Source of the DNA: a virus
Taxonomy: Duplodnaviria; Caudoviricetes
Direction: 5' to 3' (one strand)
Virus record (IMG/VR): IMGVR_UViG_3300021387_000075
Length of the DNA stretch: 64,000 nt
Shown here in pieces: positions 60,835 through 64,000 of the stretch (positions are counted from its first letter, which is position 1; each line of letters opens with the position of its first letter). The notes under the pieces are model-generated. The model saw nothing but the letters and a program-made list of their open reading frames with translations. It made no database searches and had not been told where the DNA came from. The translations under genes were made by a program, and so were the position numbers.

Positions 60835-61340
60835 GCGCGCTACGTTAAGGAATTAAGATCTGGTATAATTTCTATATTATCAAGTTGATCTAATAACTAC
60901 TGAATTTCATTTACACGTTCTGAATGATATAAAATTAAAGTTTGCGTATAATAATACTTTAATATTTTCTATAATTCTATTACTTCTATTTTTTGAACTT
61001 CAGCGCTAATAATAGAATTGAGTAAGTTAAGAGTTGTAGTATCCGATTCATTAACTGGTTGTAAGCGCTATACGATATATGCACTAATTATGTTTTGCTC
61101 TGCTTCTGTATAGTAAGAATTATATAGTGCCTAAATAATATTAGATACATATGAATAATTATCACTAAATGAAGCTGTATAGGCTGAAGAAGCACATCTT
61201 TCTATAGCCGCTAGCACGATTCCAATTGGATATTCAAATCTGCTTAAAGCAGTATCAAAAGATGTAAAATCATTAATATTAAATGGTTCCCTATTTTGAA
61301 ATAGTTTTAAAAGTTTTAATTCTATAGTTAAACTAGACAT
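60831..61340 (-). CDS. hypothetical protein in rSAM cluster (5 TAG)
   Basis: AAGGAGG RBS; read-through ends at TGA overlapping the next ATG (ATGA). Confidence 0.75.
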
Positions 61341-61351
61341 GTTTTTCCTCC

Positions 61352-61891
61352 TTATTTATGTCCTGGTACTGAAGAAGCTTCATTACTACAGCTACCATGA
61401 GCAGTTGTACAAACATCTGCACAAGTTTTAGAACATGCTGCTCCACATGTCCCAGCACAGCCGCCCGAACAACTACTACAACTGCCTTTACATTTACCCG
61501 TACATGAGCTTTCGCAGCCACCTTTACATCCGCTTTTACACCCGCCACTACATGAATTATAGCATAAACCACGGCAGCTACTACCTGTACAGTCAGTACT
61601 AGCAGAGGTTGCCGGCGTGTCCTCATAATTTGCTAAAGCAATATTGGCAGCGGAAATATCTTTAATAGCATTTGACTAAATACCAGTAGCCTTAATTAAA
61701 TTAATAAAACCTACTGTTTCATTAAAATGAGTTAATCTGGCAAGTTCGTTTCTATTAGCTGAATTTGTAAAATTAGTAGCATAAGATGCGAGGCTATCTT
61801 TGAATTTTCTTCTTGACATTTCAGCTTTTACTCGATTTTTAAAAGCAATAATATCATTAGATAATATTGCAGATCCCTATTGTAAGCCCAT
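61352..61891 (-). CDS. CxxxC-repeat Cys-rich protein, candidate rSAM substrate/RiPP precursor (179 aa, 17 Cys, 2 TAG)
   Basis: ~100-aa leader then DCTGSSCRGLCYNSCSGGCKSGCKGGCESSCTGKCKGSCSSCSGGCAGTCGAACSKTCADVC; not in ORF track. Confidence 0.88.
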
Positions 61892-61902
61892 TAAAATCAC
61901 CC

Positions 61903-63165
61903 TTATTTTGCTAATTGCATTAATAATTTTAATTCATTTTCAGGAATAATCTGTAATGCAATTTCTTTATTTAATAATACGGGAATACGTTTATTAATAT
62001 TATTTTGTATATACATTTTATTCCAATAATAACTACTAATTAATACACCTGCTCGGTAAATCCAGCAGATATTAGTATTTCGTATATTGACGGCTCCTTC
62101 TGATTTATAATTCCATCCAGCGCACATGGGGCACATACCGTGAATATTACAGTTTGAACATTGATTATTTTGCATTGTTAAATTTATGTTATATTTTTTT
62201 AACCATTCAGAAGTTGGTGAGATACCATTAATATTACCTATTGAAATAGGATTATTTAATGAACTATTCATAAAACGCAAGCAAGGATACGCAATTCCAC
62301 TGGGATCAAAAGAAATGGTCTAACCAAAAGCGCCACAAGTAATATTATCTTGATGATAATCATAAATTTGATCTAAGTTTTCATAAAATAAACTAGTATA
62401 GATACTTGGATTTTTAAGTAAAGAATCAGCAATTGATTTTAATTCAAAATAATACTATGTTGCTTCCTACTATGTCCATTTATGTTCAAATATTGGTCCG
62501 CCAATTATTACCTTACAGCCTATATCGGTAAAGAATTTATAGATTTCATGTAAATATAATAAATTATCTGGAGTAACAGTAATTTTAGTATTTGGATACC
62601 CTTTAGTTTTACTCCAATAATCTTTAAACGCCGCAATTGCCATATCAAAACTACCATATCCTTTTTTATCTTTTCTACAGGCATCATGCATTATTTTTGG
62701 CCCATCAATAGTAATACTTAATTTTACAAAATCTTCAAACTCTTTAAGATATTTCTATACTTGTTTAGTAAAATATAATGTACCATTAGTAGATAAAGAA
62801 AAGCTAAAATTAGTTAGCCAGGGATGCTATTGTTTTATACACTAATCAATAAAATACCAACTTCCATAATAAATAGTGTCAATATTCATTAAGGTTTCGC
62901 CGCCGATGAACTCCAATGTAACTCCTTTGGTGTGCTAATTAATAATAGTATTTTTCTAGTTTTCTTTATACTAATTAAATAATAAATCAATACACGATTG
63001 CATTATACTTTTTGTCATAGATTCATTGCCTTTATTTGTCTAATAACAATATGAACAATTTAAATTGCATTTATTAGTGACCTAAAAAGTAATACGACGA
63101 TAATTTGCATCTGGATCATCATCTAAATACGGTAACAATGAAATATAATCTATTGGAGAATCCAT
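61903..63165 (-). CDS. radical SAM/SPASM peptide maturase, CXXX-repeat-target type (12 TAG)
   Basis: ITF*VTNKCNLNCSYCY*TNKG, EFIGGETL, STNG, SITIDG, CGAFG...AYPC, CSNCNIHGMCPMC. Confidence 0.92.
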
Positions 63166-63431
63166 TATTCACACTCCACAGTTTGATTAAAAAAATTTAC
63201 TTTACATTTACGCCATTCTGTTTCTGGACAATATTTCTAATTCAAAAGCCTTTTAGCAGTATCTAGTTCAATTTTGTACATAATTGCATTACTAAAATTT
63301 TCTTGTATAAATTCATCATCTTTATTTATTCCATGTTTTAATAAATATTTAAGAATATGTAAATGAGCTTCATATATTTTTAGCAATGCTTCAATTTCAT
63401 CCGATTCATCGCGTGTAATATTAATAGTCAT
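63165..63431 (-). CDS. small accessory protein of the CXXX-repeat modification cluster (1 TAG)
   Basis: Read-through of TAG 63237 ends at TAA overlapping the rSAM ATG (TAATG); 88 aa. Confidence 0.75.
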
Positions 63432-63527
63432 ATTATTCTCCTATTAAAAATAGCCCCATACGGGGCAAATTCAGCAGTAGGTTGCTAGCCCCACATACGT
63501 TTATACACTTATTTGGTATCGTGTAAG

Positions 63528-63611
63528 TGCCCGAGGCCGGACTTGAACCGGCACGCTCAAAAGAGCAACAGATTTTAAGTCTGTGGTGTCTGCCTATTCC
63601 ACCACTCGGGC
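63528..63611 (-). tRNA. tRNA-Leu(TAA)
   Basis: ACAGA-CTTAAAA-TCTGT; long variable arm; GGTTCAAGTCC. Confidence 0.95.
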
Positions 63612-64000
63612 ATAAAATACAGGATTTGTTTGTCATGCGTCCATGAGCCAGCTTAGTATTAAGCGAAATAACTGTTCATCGCTCCTGTATTGTTAATGAC
63701 GTAAAACCCCAAACTAGTCATTATCGCGTCTAGCTAGACCGCATGTTTTCTGTCTTGAACGAGCAAGCGCGTGACAAGGATTACAATCTTATTTAGGGAA
63801 CTTCCCAGAGTCAAGAGAAACTCATCTACAGCGCGAGAGGCGTACTAAGATCTTGTCTTAGTGGGTTGCGCTTCGGTGTAGGGGGTGGACCAAAGGGCAT
63901 TTCACCCAGCCCAAACGGCAGTTTTCAGTCATGCTGGACATTCTATAATAGCAGATGCAACTAGTATTCAGCACCATTTCTCGATGCTGGCATCTCCTAA

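Noticed and set aside
61333-61626. 97-aa Val/Ala-rich ORF in the track
   Set aside because: It is an off-frame shadow of the Cys-rich gene 61352..61891.
57455-63636. Track ORFs 57455..57643, 59058..59243, 63433..63636 (and 16161..16343)
   Set aside because: They overlap tRNAs or tRNA-like RNAs and are spurious.
55600-64000. Amber suppressor tRNA (CUA)
   Set aside because: All nine tRNAs found have sense anticodons (GCT, CGG, CCA, TTT, GAA, ACG, AAG, GTA, CGT and the separate TAA are all accounted for); no CTA anticodon loop was found in this window.

Overview
The window is a 64-kb segment of a large, AT-rich tailed dsDNA phage, probably infecting an anaerobic Firmicute. Essentially all genes lie on the minus strand. 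It holds a replication and nucleotide-metabolism block: dUTPase, class III RNR with activase/NrdH/FTR-like partners, Pol III alpha, RecJ, primase, DnaB, Sak4-like ATPase, SSB, type IIA topoisomerase A/B, ligase, dNMP kinase and RNase H. It also has a DUF262-HNH/methyltransferase cassette, an iteron-like repeat array, a nucleobase permease, an RNA-repair-type gene set with a Ro60/TROVE-like DUF2828 protein, nine tRNAs and several structured non-coding elements. The supplied ORF track is misleading in places because the phage uses TAG as a sense codon, most likely Gln (genetic code 15). Re-reading with TAG=Gln restores at least 15 genes, including an 808-aa protein with 23 in-frame TAGs. It also reveals a hidden radical-SAM/SPASM + CxxxC-repeat precursor (RiPP-like) cluster. 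The core replication genes contain no internal TAG. The most novel signals are (i) a circularly permuted, YrlA-like tRNA mimic and a sister element near the DUF2828 and RNA ligase/kinase genes, (ii) the TAG-dependent RiPP-like cluster, and (iii) further tRNA-like and pseudoknot-rich ncRNA candidates. All family assignments come from motif recognition by eye; no database searches were run.
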